64,000 bases of DNA, taken from contig NC_088859.1 in NCBI RefSeq assembly GCF_963853765.1, positions 28,396,001 through 28,460,000 on the forward strand, written 5' to 3'. Every line of letters begins with the position of its first letter. The stretch's first letter is position 1. This stretch comes from Magallana gigas (lineage: Eukaryota). The position numbers and the translations under genes were made by a program. Below, piece after piece: positions 23,801-35,267 of this stretch. Under the pieces are notes generated by a model that saw only the letters and a list, made by a program, of their open reading frames with translations, ran no database searches and was not told the origin of the DNA.

Positions 23801-26800
23801 TCCAGTGATTAAATTTAAGCCTCGAGGCTTACTTTTGAGAGAGAATATTTAGGCTTTTTGCTCTTATTTGTACCAGTATGGGTTTTATAACTACACTATG
23901 GGTTTTTTTTTGTCCAAAATATAAATAGATACAAACATACTAGTATAACTCTATTTTTTTTTTCTTCCATTTATAGCCCATTATGTTTTTAGAACATGAT
24001 TCATAATTTTTTGTGAATCAGCAGAAATATAATCTAGGTGTGGGATTCTCAAATACATCTTGTCTTTAAACATGCTTATAATTACATTTATTTGTTTGCA
24101 GGAAATAAGGAGCTTACAAATTTTCAAAAGCTGCTTATTTTAAAGAGCTGCTTACTTTAATAATTATTTATATTATATATAAAATACCGTATTTATATTT
24201 TACTGTATATTCATAACATACAATATTAAGATAGTCATAAAGAAAATATAGAAAGAAATATTACGGTACCTCAAACTCCTCTGTGGATTTATCCATGAGC
24301 TCTTTATAATTTTTCCATCCAGGTCTATAATATATCAATCAAAATTCAATATTTAGTATTTTACATAATGAAATTCAGTGTACATTTTCCCTTATGTTTA
24401 TGCATTGGAAATCTGTGACGTTCGATTTCCTGTAAAAAACACTTAGCCTTTTCAAGGTGCATGAGCACAACTATAAACGTCATCATGCGTTTTGAATAAT
24501 TATTTACAAATGTAAGATTAACTGAAACTTTCAAACTATTATAATTAAATTTATGTGTACTTATGAAAAATAATTGTTAAATCATAGTATTACTAATTTG
24601 TTAATAAAAAAGATTTTTCTATGCAAGGTATCTAGCACTAATATTTTTAGTAACGGAAGCAAACTAAATAACATGTCAATTTGGCTGTTCCATGTATGTT
24701 TCATATCCCTGAATAAGAGCAAATGTAATAATGGCTAGTGCTTTAAGGTTGAATAACACAATTGGATATTTTAAGTAACTCAAATTAACAGGGAATTATT
24801 TGATTGTGAAAGATATGATAGCTAAACTGTACATACATGTACGGTATGTAATATCAGCGAAAAATTTGAAGTCGGGATGTATAGATCACAAGCCCAACAC
24901 TTTATCCACTTGGCTATGGAATAAAATTCTTTTAAATTCTTTTAAATGTCATTTCATTCAGAGGCCAGCCATTTTGTGATGATGTTATTCCAACTTAAAG
25001 CGACGATACACAAATACTTCATACAGATAAACATCAACAGGAACATAAATATATATAAGCATTGAATGCTTATTTTTGGATGTTGTAAGTCCTATAACAC
25101 ACCAAGGCTGTGCCGACAAATTATCATACTGCGCTAACGCGCGGTTATAGGACCAATGACATCCAAAAATAAGCATTCAATGCATAATTGAATATTTGTA
25201 CCTTGGGTTTTAATTCAGAACTCCTTATATATTATACAATACATAACATCTTTAATATCTTTATAAATTGTTATTTTTGTAAAATTATTACATACAATAA
25301 CTTAATTAATTAATGTATTCATGTGTCACTAAAATATTAGAAGCAAGTTTTAGTACACATACAAACATAGAAAGCAAATTTGTCAGTATTGATCTGGTTA
25401 AGGGTTCATTGCCATCTGGATATTTAGAAATATAACTTAGTACATATCTGGAAAAAACTTATCAACAAGTCCTTTTTGGGTATAATTCAATTTACTCCTG
25501 CATAGTGTGCTAAAATTGAGTGCATTTAAAGCAACACCAGTATAATTCAATTTACTCCTGCATAGTGTGCTTAAATTGAGTGCATTTAAAGCAACACCAG
25601 TGTCTTTTGTACAATCATGCATTCTCACTTTAAAACAAAAAATTATAATGATACATTGACGTATTAGTGAACAAAGGGTTGATGCACCGTAACCCTCATT
25701 CCTCCATTACACCGACACCAGTTGAAAAGCAAAAAACTTGCACAAAAGCTATCAGTATGATGATGCATGCATGTCTCAACCAAATTAACTTTTGATGAAT
25801 AACTGTTTCACTTAAAGTATACAGTAAAACATGCTTATAACGAAGTGCTAGGGACGGGCGATTTTACTTCGTTATAAGCGTAATTCGTTATATCTGTCAA
25901 GTTTACAACATGTTATAAAGTCTCAGGGGATGAAAATCACTTCGCTGTAAGCATCAATTCATTATAAGCGTGTTCGCTATAACCGTGTTTTACTGTATAT
26001 TAGAGTATAATCTTACTATGGTACTTCTTTTTCTGCTACAGAGCTAATACCTTTTGCAAACGTGTTTTGATTATTCTTTTTTTATATATCATTACACATA
26101 TTATTCTTGTCATTGAATTATATATAAATTTCTACATTGAACATTTTTTAAAGACTTTTTTAAACCATAAGAAAACCTCATTGAGACTTTAACAATTAAA
26201 ACTTCCCTATAGCTTGCTCTTTTCAAAATACATGGGTGCATGTTAATCAAGGCATACAAAAAGGTTATACATTAAGTCCCTTGTTAAGTTAGTATGCAGC
26301 ACATCCCTCTATCAACATGTGGTCAGTTAGTAAATTCACTTACAGGGTGTCAGATTTTTGCCCTATATAAATCTTGCTCTGGACCCCTGCACAGTTATTG
26401 ATGACCTGTGTGAAATAGAAGCTGTGTTCAACCACAGAGCACAATAGTATGTAATAAAAGAATTTAAGGCTGGAATCTAGCTCATTCAGCATCAGTCACC
26501 AGTAAGACATGATTTACAGTAAATTCCTTATTTTACATGAGAACTGAATTACAGAATATACTGCCGTTTCGTGTCAGATCTTTAGAATATAAAATCAGGA
26601 GCAGGAATTTATATTAAAATTTCTTATAATAATTCAGTACTGTCAGAAAAATAGATGTCAAATTTTAAAATCTGCGATGGGTGCTTAATTCTCCCGATTT
26701 TACGCGGATATTATTTCCTCATGTTTTATATGAAACCCTAATAAGTAATATGCTTTCATGGCTGCAATGCTTCTATCATTAATTATTATGAACATGTACC

Positions 26801-26949
26801 TTCTCCACATTCTGTACACTAGAGCTGTCTGTGATGATACAGTTGGCTCCAGAGGACTTCAGTCTGAGCTCTATGTCTTTGGGTCTTAGCTGTGTGGTCC
26901 CAGAACTCACTATTATACCTAATAAAATAAACATTAAAACATGGAACTT

Positions 26950-26986
<37 letters not shown>

Positions 26987-28451
26987 TTCATATTACAGTA
27001 AACATACCAAACATCAGTTATTTTTTTCACATGTCACAAAATAAGTTGCAAAAATGGAGTGAATACCTGTTGTATGAAACCTTTTTTTTTTATTAGTGTC
27101 AGCCATTTTTTTCAATTACTACAATTCAAAAAGTTTCTAATACCAAATAATACCTGATATAGTTTCTGCATATTGTATTTTTTACAATAAATAAATTTAA
27201 AGTAATCGCAAATAAGCGAAAACTAGTCTACTGATTATCTTGGAATTTAACAGTCGCGATATATACAATAGAAATTCTCAGAAAACTTGAATGAATTAGG
27301 GGTTCTACACAAAACAGAACATTTTTTAAAATTCTTTTTTAATGTAAAATGAATGATAATAAAACAAGTGAAAAGCTGTCAATGTGACAGCAAACCGGGT
27401 TTTTCTTTTTGTAAACTGTATCAATACATGTCAACCTTGAATTGATAAACACTACCTACCGTATCCAGTGAAATGGAGTACCCTATATGCAATATTTTGC
27501 CAAAAAATAACTAAGTTCAAAAGCTGGTTTTTTTTTTCTCATAAATTATCAGAAATGAAAATCCTAGCAATACGCACACCTCTAATTTATATTTAATTGA
27601 TCTGCAAAAGAACAACTTCCTATCTTGAAAACTGTAGGAGGAGTTATCCGTACAATGAGGGTACCCTTTTGGCAGCCGACCGCCCGACCACCCGCCCGCC
27701 ATTTTCATCATTTTAATAACCGGATTTTTCTGTGGGAAAACCCAGTTTTAAAAATTCTATCCAAGATATTGCATCAAATTGCATTAAGCTTTTTATACAT
27801 GTAATGAAATATGAACTTGTTGCGCAACTGAGAAAACAAATTCTCACCAGCTCTGATAGCTGCTATGTATATAATCCACCATTCTGGAATTCTGGGAAGA
27901 ATGACTATTAGAGTATCCCCTTTCTTTAGTCCACAGTGATTCACAAAGACATTAGCCAACCTAATTAGATCAAAACATGGATGATTAAAACGAGATTTAA
28001 AATTTGCAGCCAGTGAGAGCATTGTCAAATAACCTAATGTATATATACATCGGTCTGCTTTTGATAAGAGAAGCAAGACCTTCCTAGGGTTTCTGTCAAT
28101 GTACATAGCCTATATCATGGTACATTTACTAGAAATATTAATCAATTTTGTAAAAATTTTGTTGTAATTTAAAAATTAAGACATAATAGTACATACTTGT
28201 AATTATACGTACATTAAGCAATGTATGTCCCAACAAGTAAATATTGATGATTGAGATGTGTGCATCTATTTTTGGTTCTAATTTTTCTTTTTATTCTACA
28301 CCAACCTTTCATATTAATACAGTATTTTTTTTCATCTGAATACAATACTAGTTTTCTATGTTATATCTTTATAATGAAATCTTTATATGTATTACCATCA
28401 CATTCATGGTAGTACATACAGCTTAATTTTTATCATACTTTCATATTATCA

Positions 28452-28487
<36 letters not shown>

Positions 28488-30464
28488 GAACAATAGGTAT
28501 GATAAAGTCAGCTTAATGGAGTCATAATACAATCTGGACAATGTACATTAATACATGTAGATCCTGTATAAATAAAATCCATTTTTCCCCCTTGGAACTC
28601 GGATAGCCCTGATTGCTGCCAATATTTACAAGAGCAGACAGGGGGTCATGATTTTCTCAACTTTGAATCTACACTACCTGAGGATACCCAAAAGTTTCAG
28701 CTTTCCTGGCTGATTAGTTTCTGAGAAGAAGATTTTTAAAGATTTACTCTATATATTCCTATGTAAAACTTCGACCCCCCATTGTGGCCCCAACCTAACC
28801 CCAGGGGTCATGATTTTCACAACTTTGAATCTACACTACTTGAGGATGCTTCCACACAAGTTTCAGCTTTCCTGGCTGATTAGTTTCTGAGAAGAAGATT
28901 TTTAAAGATTTCTTCTATATATCCCTATGTAAAACTTTGACCCCCCATTGTGGCCCCACCCTACCCCCGGGGCTCATGATTTTCACAACTTTGAATCTAC
29001 ACTACCTGAGGATGCTTCCACACAAGTTTCAGCTTTCCTGGCTGATTAGTTTCTGAGAAGAAGATTTTTAAAGATTTACTCTATATATTCCTATGTAAAA
29101 CTTTGACCCCCCATTGTGGCCCCACCCTACCCCCGGGGGTCATGATTTTCACAACTTTGAATCTACACTACCTGAGAATGCTTCCCCACAAGTTTCAGCT
29201 TTCCTGGCTGATTAGTTTCTGAGAAGAAGATTTTTAAAGATTTCTTCTATATATTCCTATGTAAAACTTCGACCCCCTATTGTGGCCCCACCCTACCCCC
29301 GGGGGTCATGAATTTCACAATTTTGAATCTACACTACCTGAGAATGCTTCCCCACAAGTTTCAGCTTTCCTGGCTGATTAGTTTCTGAGAAGAAAATTTT
29401 TAAAGATTTACTCTATATATTCCTATGTAAAACTTCGACCCCCTATTGTGGCCCCACCCTACCCCCGGGGGTCATGAATTTCACAACTTTGAATCTACAC
29501 TACCTGAGGATGCTTCCACACAAGTTTCAGCTTTCCTGGCTGTTTAGTTTCTGAGAAGAAGATTTTTAAAGATTTACTCTATATATTCCTATGTAAAACT
29601 TTGACCCCCCATTGTGGCCCCAACCTAACCCCAGGGGTCATGATTTTCACAACTTTGAATCTACACTACCTGAGGATGCTTCCACACAAGTTTCAGCTTT
29701 CCTGGCTGATTAGTTTCTGAGAAGAAGATTTTTAAAGATTTACTCTGTATATTCCTATGTAAAACTTCGACCCCCCATTGTGGCCCCACCCTACCCCCGG
29801 GGGTCATGATTTTCACAACTTTGAATCTACACTACCTAAGGATGCTTCCACACAAGTTTCAGCTTTCCTGGCTGTTTAGTTTCTGAGAAGAAGATTTTTA
29901 AAGATTTACTCTATATATTCCTATGTAAAACTTTGACCCCCCATTGTGGCCCCAACCTAACCCCAGGGGTCATGATTTTCACAACTTTGAATCTACACTA
30001 CCTGAGGATGCTTCCACACGAGTTTCAGCTTTCCTGGCTGTTTAGTTTCTGAGAAGAAGATTTTTAAAGATTTACTCTATATATTCCTATGTAAAATTTC
30101 GACCCCCCATTGTGGCCCCACCCTACCCCCGGGGGTCATGAATTTCACAACTTTGAATCTACACTACCTGAGGATGCTTTCACACAAGTTTCAGCTTTCC
30201 TGGCTGTTTAGTTTCTGAGAAGAAGATTTTTAAAGATTTACTCTATATATTCCTATGTAAAACTTCGACCCCCCATTGTGGCCCCAACCTAACCCCAGGG
30301 GTCATGATTTTCACAACTTTGAATCTACACTACCTGAGGATGCTTCCACACAAGTTTCAGCTTTCCTGGCTGATTAGTTTCTGAGAAGAAGATTTTGCTC
30401 CCCAGAAGAAGAAGGAGAAGAAGACGGACGGACAGACGGACGACAGACAAAATGTGATCAGAAT

Positions 30465-30501
<37 letters not shown>

Positions 30502-31567
30502 AGTTGACCTCACCTCTTACTCAAGCTTGAAATTTGCTGGAAATTGAACTTTTTCTCATGTCCTTGATCATCGATCCACCATAATGCCGGCGAAGATGCA
30601 CTTTTAGGACTCTGAAGTGGACATTTGTGACATTAAAAAATTGTAAGTATTTTCAACTGTGAACCATTGATCACATTGAAATCCATAAATTCAATCAACA
30701 ATTTCAATTGCAATTTGATACAAAATAGCGAAATCACAGAATTAAGTACTCCTCTAAAATAAGGAATTTACATTACAGTACCAGTAAATCGTTTCAATTT
30801 CATAGTCCATTCCGACTGAAACACACACTAAGAAATCTGGAACTGAATTGATTATTTTTGACATTGTTTAATCCAAAATCTGCCAATTCTAAGCTTGATT
30901 ACAAATAATTGCACTGGGTTATACAATTTTGTATCCTAACCAACATAGAGTCTCCTTATGTCATGTATATCATAGGCGTCGGAAGCAAATTGAAAGTGGG
31001 GGGGCTAGACTAATCCTCAGAAATATTGAGAAAAAGGGTAATTCCCAAAATCATGGAAATCCTAATCCGTGGGGGGGGGGGGGGGGGGGGGGGTAGTATG
31101 CTTCTGAATCTAACCTCTCAATCTTTCAAGGTAAATTTAGGAACAATAATCTTTCCTGCGAGAAAAAGTTGGGGGGGCTGAACCCTCTCTAATGGTTAGG
31201 TATAACTTTGCAAAAAAAGTGGGGGGGCTAAGCCCCCCCTAGCCCCCCCGGTTCCGACGCCTATGTATATACATCTGTTGTCTCTAAGCTGGGTTACTGT
31301 TTTTTTGTTTTGAATGTGAACATTATTATCTGTTAAAAAAGGGACACAACTCATACTAACTCTATCGGAGCCCCAGAAATCCACAACATCTCTAGCAAAG
31401 TTGAAGTATTCGGGCACACTGAAATTTTGCATCTTTTTCCTGTGCTCCTCATAATTATTGAAAGGTTCATTGTCCAATAAGAATGAGGACACCCACTGTC
31501 TCCTACACTTGAAAGGGGTCCTCAGGAATGATGGAATTCCAGTTCTGTGGAAACATCGATGAGCCAT
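17841..31567 (-). CDS. Medium-chain acyl-CoA synthetase, ACSM family (ACSM3-like), probably mitochondrial (586 aa)
   Basis: Exons 31361-31567, 30514-30611, 27848-27960, 26800-26918, 26344-26405, 24270-24324, 23060-23181, 21718-21874, 21248-21379, 21076-21153, 20863-20943, 20416-20517, 19624-19751, 19002-19101, 18059-18178, 17841-17927; total 1761 nt, in frame. Motifs: [22 protein letters not shown]-loop, [56 protein letters not shown]. The N-terminus is Arg-rich. The specific ACSM orthologue cannot be assigned. Confidence 0.95.
19218..19576. mobile_element. Hairpin-headed non-autonomous element, family C (hairpin 19218-19360)
   Basis: ATAAATAGTGCCTGTTTGG...CCATTGTCAACC GACGCAAAGTGGA GGTTGACAATGG...CCAAACAGGCACTATTTAT, followed by a ~215-bp body. 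Confidence 0.75.
22359..22910. mobile_element. Hairpin-headed element, family B, inverted relative to 5435-6005
   Basis: Hairpin centred on CCCGCGTTAGCGGG (22436-22449); the body is colinear with the reverse complement of 5435-5836. Confidence 0.8.
25056..25185. mobile_element. Hairpin-headed element, family D (hairpin only resolved)
   Basis: Arms GCATTGAATGCTTATTTTTGGATGT...TCCTATAAC / GTTATAGGA...ACATCCAAAAATAAGCATTCAATGC. The inner segment contains GCGC TAAC GCGC (25131-25142). Confidence 0.6.
25481..25600. repeat. 60-bp tandem duplication
   Basis: TATAATTCAATTTACTCCTGCATAGTGTGCT(A/T)AAATTGAGTGCATTTAAAGCAACACCAG x2, one mismatch. Confidence 0.95.
25822..25995. mobile_element. TA-flanked MITE (Tc1/mariner-type)
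   Basis: TA|CAGTAAAACATGCTTATA ... TATAACCGTGTTTTACTG|TA. Confidence 0.85.
26952..26981. repeat. (TC)n microsatellite
   Basis: About 15 TC units. Confidence 0.95.
27362..27752. mobile_element. Short HINE/Helitron-like non-autonomous element
   Basis: Starts AACAAGTGAAAAGCTGTCAATGTGACAGCAAACCGGGTTTTTC, has a (CCGC/CCGA)-like microsatellite at 27677-27700, and ends in the palindrome AACCGGATTTTTC..GGAAAACCCAGTTT. Same layout as the 28453-30500 element. Confidence 0.55.
28453..30500. mobile_element. Helitron/HINE-type element carrying 11 tandem 166-bp Cg170-like satellite units (array ~28640-30395)
   Basis: 5' end AACAAGAGGCCCATGGGCCACATCGCTCACCTGAG; 3' end (GGAC)n-like microsatellite then CTCACTTGAGCTTTCAGCTCAGGTGAGCTAAAA. 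The marker CTGAGAA recurs at 28721, 28887, 29053, 29219, 29385, 29551, 29717, 29883, 30049, 30215 and 30381, an exact 166-bp period. Confidence 0.92.
30971..31265. mobile_element. G-tract-rich MITE with CATAGGCGTCGGAA TIRs
   Basis: CATAGGCGTCGGAAGC ... GGTTCCGACGCCTATG, with TATAT on both flanks and several G7-G23 runs inside. Confidence 0.8.
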
Positions 31568-32220
31568 ATCTGGCAAAGAGGTTATGTGTCTCTACAATTT
31601 TCACAATCGATCATTAATTCAGTTAGGACTTTGATAATTAAAGTATAGGCACAAATTACGGCAATGGTTTTGGAGTTCAGTGCTTTTGGTATGGGCTTCA
31701 AGGTGGCAAGTCCTTATGAGAAAATAAATTTCATTACTTTGAGACCCTTCAAAAAAATTCTGAACATGTAAGATACAAAATTTGGATCTCTTTTCTTGAG
31801 ATGGTTAGAAGGTCATAGCTATATTTAGACAATAATAATTTCTTTGAAGAGCTCTATATAAAAATATTATAGGAAATTATTCAATTTTATTTAAATTGTT
31901 TGGAATTTTCTTTACTCAACTAAATGTAACAGTATATACTGTATACAGGGTACCCCATGTACATTTTGCTTTTTGACACTAGCAAACAGTTTTTCCCTGT
32001 CTTTAATTCTTGTCTTCAATGTTTTCAGAGAGAAGATTTGAGACATCAATTCAGCTACCATAAAGAGTTTTGTGTCTACCAGGGTATTTGATAAATCGCA
32101 GGATGAAATTTTAAAGAAAGCTTAAATTAGATCTTCAACAGTTATACAGCCAATTAGTTACCAATTGTGGGTTACTACTTTGTCCAGTAACTATACATTT
32201 ATCCTATATTCAGTAGTATA

Positions 32221-32890
32221 CAATTATTTAATGCTTGAGCAGTCAATAGACCAGAATATTTTTCCCGAGGTGCAGGGAACAGCTCAGTATGATCTATTGC
32301 CCGAGGTCAACGGCCGAGGGCAATAGATCATACTGAGCTGTTCCCTGCAACAAGGGAAAAAATTCTGGTCTATTGACTGTTCAAGCATTAAATAATTGAT
32401 TTATTACCTAATTCCTTTTTTAGTTTTCGGGGTTTACAATTTGCATATTGCAGATAGTTTTCGTGCCATTATGCAATATACTCAGATTTTTTTTTTCATC
32501 TTTTACATGCACAAAACCTGTTGCATGCATTACAACATCTCAATTTAATATTAGTTGACACAAAGAAGGGGGAGTCTTCAACCCATTAGATTTAAAGTAG
32601 TCTTTTACCATATATAAAGCTTTAGATTATATGATACTCTATTTTTGATAACATTGAATTTGGTTTCATTAAGTATTAAAAACAGCGTCTATGTAAAGGA
32701 ATATACATTCCCTGAGAACTATCGAAAGGATGTAACATTAACATACCCGCGTTCTGAAATACGTTGCCGGTCCAATAGATCGCAGTCTATTGACCGGCGG
32801 TCCAATAGATCGCAGTCTATTGACCGGCAGTTCAAAATAGACGCAAATATTTAATTTGTAATAAAACAACAAAATCCCTTTGATTAGGTA
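32221..32890. mobile_element. Hairpin-headed non-autonomous element, family E (hairpin 32221-32398)
   Basis: ~178-bp inverted repeat CAATTATTTAATGCTTGA...GCCCGAGGTCAACGGCCGAGGGC...TCAAGCATTAAATAATTG. The body has a duplicated CCGG..GTCCAATAGATCGCAGTCTATTGACCGG palindrome (32767-32827). Confidence 0.75.
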
Positions 32891-33264
32891 ATAATATATT
32901 CTATATAATTCTACATAGATGAATAGTCAATAATGTGAAATATAATTAAGCTTGACCGAAAAATACTGACAGGTTAAAATCCGGCTTGGAATAATACTAA
33001 GAGAATATTTGCACCATTTAAATAAATGTTCTGATTTGTCAATCCATTAATGGTGACATAAATAAACCTTTGTGACTCCAAAACAAGGTTACATAATAAT
33101 AGCTAGCAATCAGTCAAGGCAAGTATAAACATAAAGCGCAGAGCTGCAGTTTGCTAGCATAACAGACAATGGGGGTCAAAGAACCATAGTTGACAATGCA
33201 CTTGATTTCAGTGCTGCAATCAAAGCCTTGTCATTGACAGTGGTTGTATTTGAAAGGGTATGGT

Positions 33265-33380
33265 GATCGCCAGCTGGGCACTCCAGCTTCCTCCCACATC
33301 AATGACCCCCTCTTTCTAACATCAATGCCAACAAGAGATATTCATAATTAAGGTTGTAGAACTTAAAATGTTTGTCAAAC
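33265..33380 (+). mobile_element. SINE-like 3' fragment
   Basis: GGGCACTCCAGCTTCCTCCCACATCAATGACCCCC...AACATCAATGCCAACAAGAG resembles the body/tail of molluscan tRNA-derived SINEs as recalled. No head is visible. Confidence 0.4.
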
Positions 33381-34741
33381 ATAGTAATATTAAAAAAAAG
33401 TTCAGTTTTATCAATTAAAAATCAATTAATCATGAAAAAAAAACCATGACAAAGAACATAAAGTTCTAATATATTATCATATTGATAACGTTAGTTAAAA
33501 GAGAAGATATTTATGACAGTTGTTCAAGAGTTTGCACTAAATGATGTGTGGGGTTTTTTTTAAGGTTGATAGCTGATTACACTGTATTTACTACAGAAGT
33601 CAAAAATTGTAAATAAAAAGTTCACGAATTATTTGGCATCTTGATACTTTCACTTTCTATTATTAAACTTTTGATGCAGCTGTGCACAGCCAAAAGGCAT
33701 GCATATGAAAAAGTCACACCCTAACATCTATATAACTCATAAAAATAAGATAAATTTTAAATGTTGTGCACACAATTATATTACTTTATAAAATTCTAAC
33801 CTCAGACACCCGAACGATTTCCTGTAGTCCTACATTTGTGTCACCTCTTCGCTTCTAAAGGCTATTTCATGCATTACGTACTTAGAGTTGTCTTTCTTTG
33901 ATTGTTTTTATTATTATTTGGAATGGGGGGGGGGTCTACATAAAAAGACGAGCGATCCACTCTAAACTTGGATTATGAAGTTAAATAAACCTGTTACAAT
34001 CCTTAGTATATAACATGTTAATTTTCGTGACACGGTACATTTGCTTTATATAACGTTTGATGCGTTTTTCATGCTCAACAAAAAAATTGCAGTGCTCAGA
34101 ATTTCTGTTTACGGCAAAATTTATACGAAAAAATCTCAAAAGAATTTGTTCAAAGAACAATCTGTGTCAGTTTAGTGTCCCCGAAATTTTAAATTTCATC
34201 ATAATTGCCGCGTACAAGTTTGTTGTTTTGTTTTTTTTACTTTAAAGTTGGAATTTCCAACTTTAAAGCTGAAAATCAACTCTAAATTAAAGTTGGTTTC
34301 AACTTTAACCTTGGAATTTTAAACTTAAAAGTTGATTTCCAACTTTAAAGTTGATGTTTCCAAAAAAAATTATCTTATTGAGAATTTAATATAGACCTAT
34401 AGTGCCTACATGATAAAGACCTATATTTCTAAAATCTAAATAGACACTTATAATTATGGTAAATTACTTTGGTAATAATTAATTACTTAAAAAGGGTTTC
34501 TTTCTTCTTTCTTTTTTTTACTTCGAACACTTTTTATATTATTTACTGCAATGATTGTACAAATACTATATCAAATATATGTTGAAGACTTTTGACAAGC
34601 AAGTTATTAACCGGCAGTTTTTTTTCAAAATTTATATGACTAAAGTACATCAAATATTCAATTATTGCGTGAATACCAATTGAATAGCATGTATTTCGTT
34701 TTTGATATAGAACGCAATATCCCGCACATACATCTCTGTAC

Positions 34742-34742
<1 letters not shown>

Positions 34743-34784
<42 letters not shown>
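34743..34784. repeat. (TC)n microsatellite
   Basis: About 21 TC units. Confidence 0.95.
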
Positions 34785-34787
<3 letters not shown>

Positions 34788-35049
34788 ATACACACAACGT
34801 TATGACGTTGTGTCAATCGGTTTAATATTAATAAAATTGACATTTAAAAAATTTAAATGTAAAATTATGAAAAATCTGTTGAATTTATATGGGAATATTA
34901 TTGATCAAGATAGACGCGAGATTCTCTGTACAGCATGGCATGGTCTGACTACCTAATGAATATTCATGAGATAACTTTAATTCCGTTTATTAATCTTGTA
35001 CAGGTTGTTTACATATTGTTTATTGTACACATACGATGGATTTGTTATG

Positions 35050-35267
35050 GTCTTTCATTGGTTACTGTACTATATTAACAACACGGGTTATCTGAAGTTT
35101 ATTTCATTCGGTTTAATTTTGAAAAGTTTCTAGATCACCCATCAGGTTATGTTTGAGGTCAGGCGACTGACGTCACTACATGGTATCGCGAGGAAAGATC
35201 TTCAGATCCACTAGGCATACCTAGTAATAGTATTTGTGAAAGACCGTAGGAAAGAAGTGGGCTCAGG
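35050..35267 (+). promoter_or_regulatory. Proximal promoter/5'UTR of the lipoprotein receptor gene
   Basis: Inverted CCAAT (ATTGG 35057-35061), SRE-like ATCACCCATC (35134-35143, 8/10 to ATCACCCCAC) and perfect CRE TGACGTCA (35168-35175) within 220 bp of the ATG. Confidence 0.4.
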
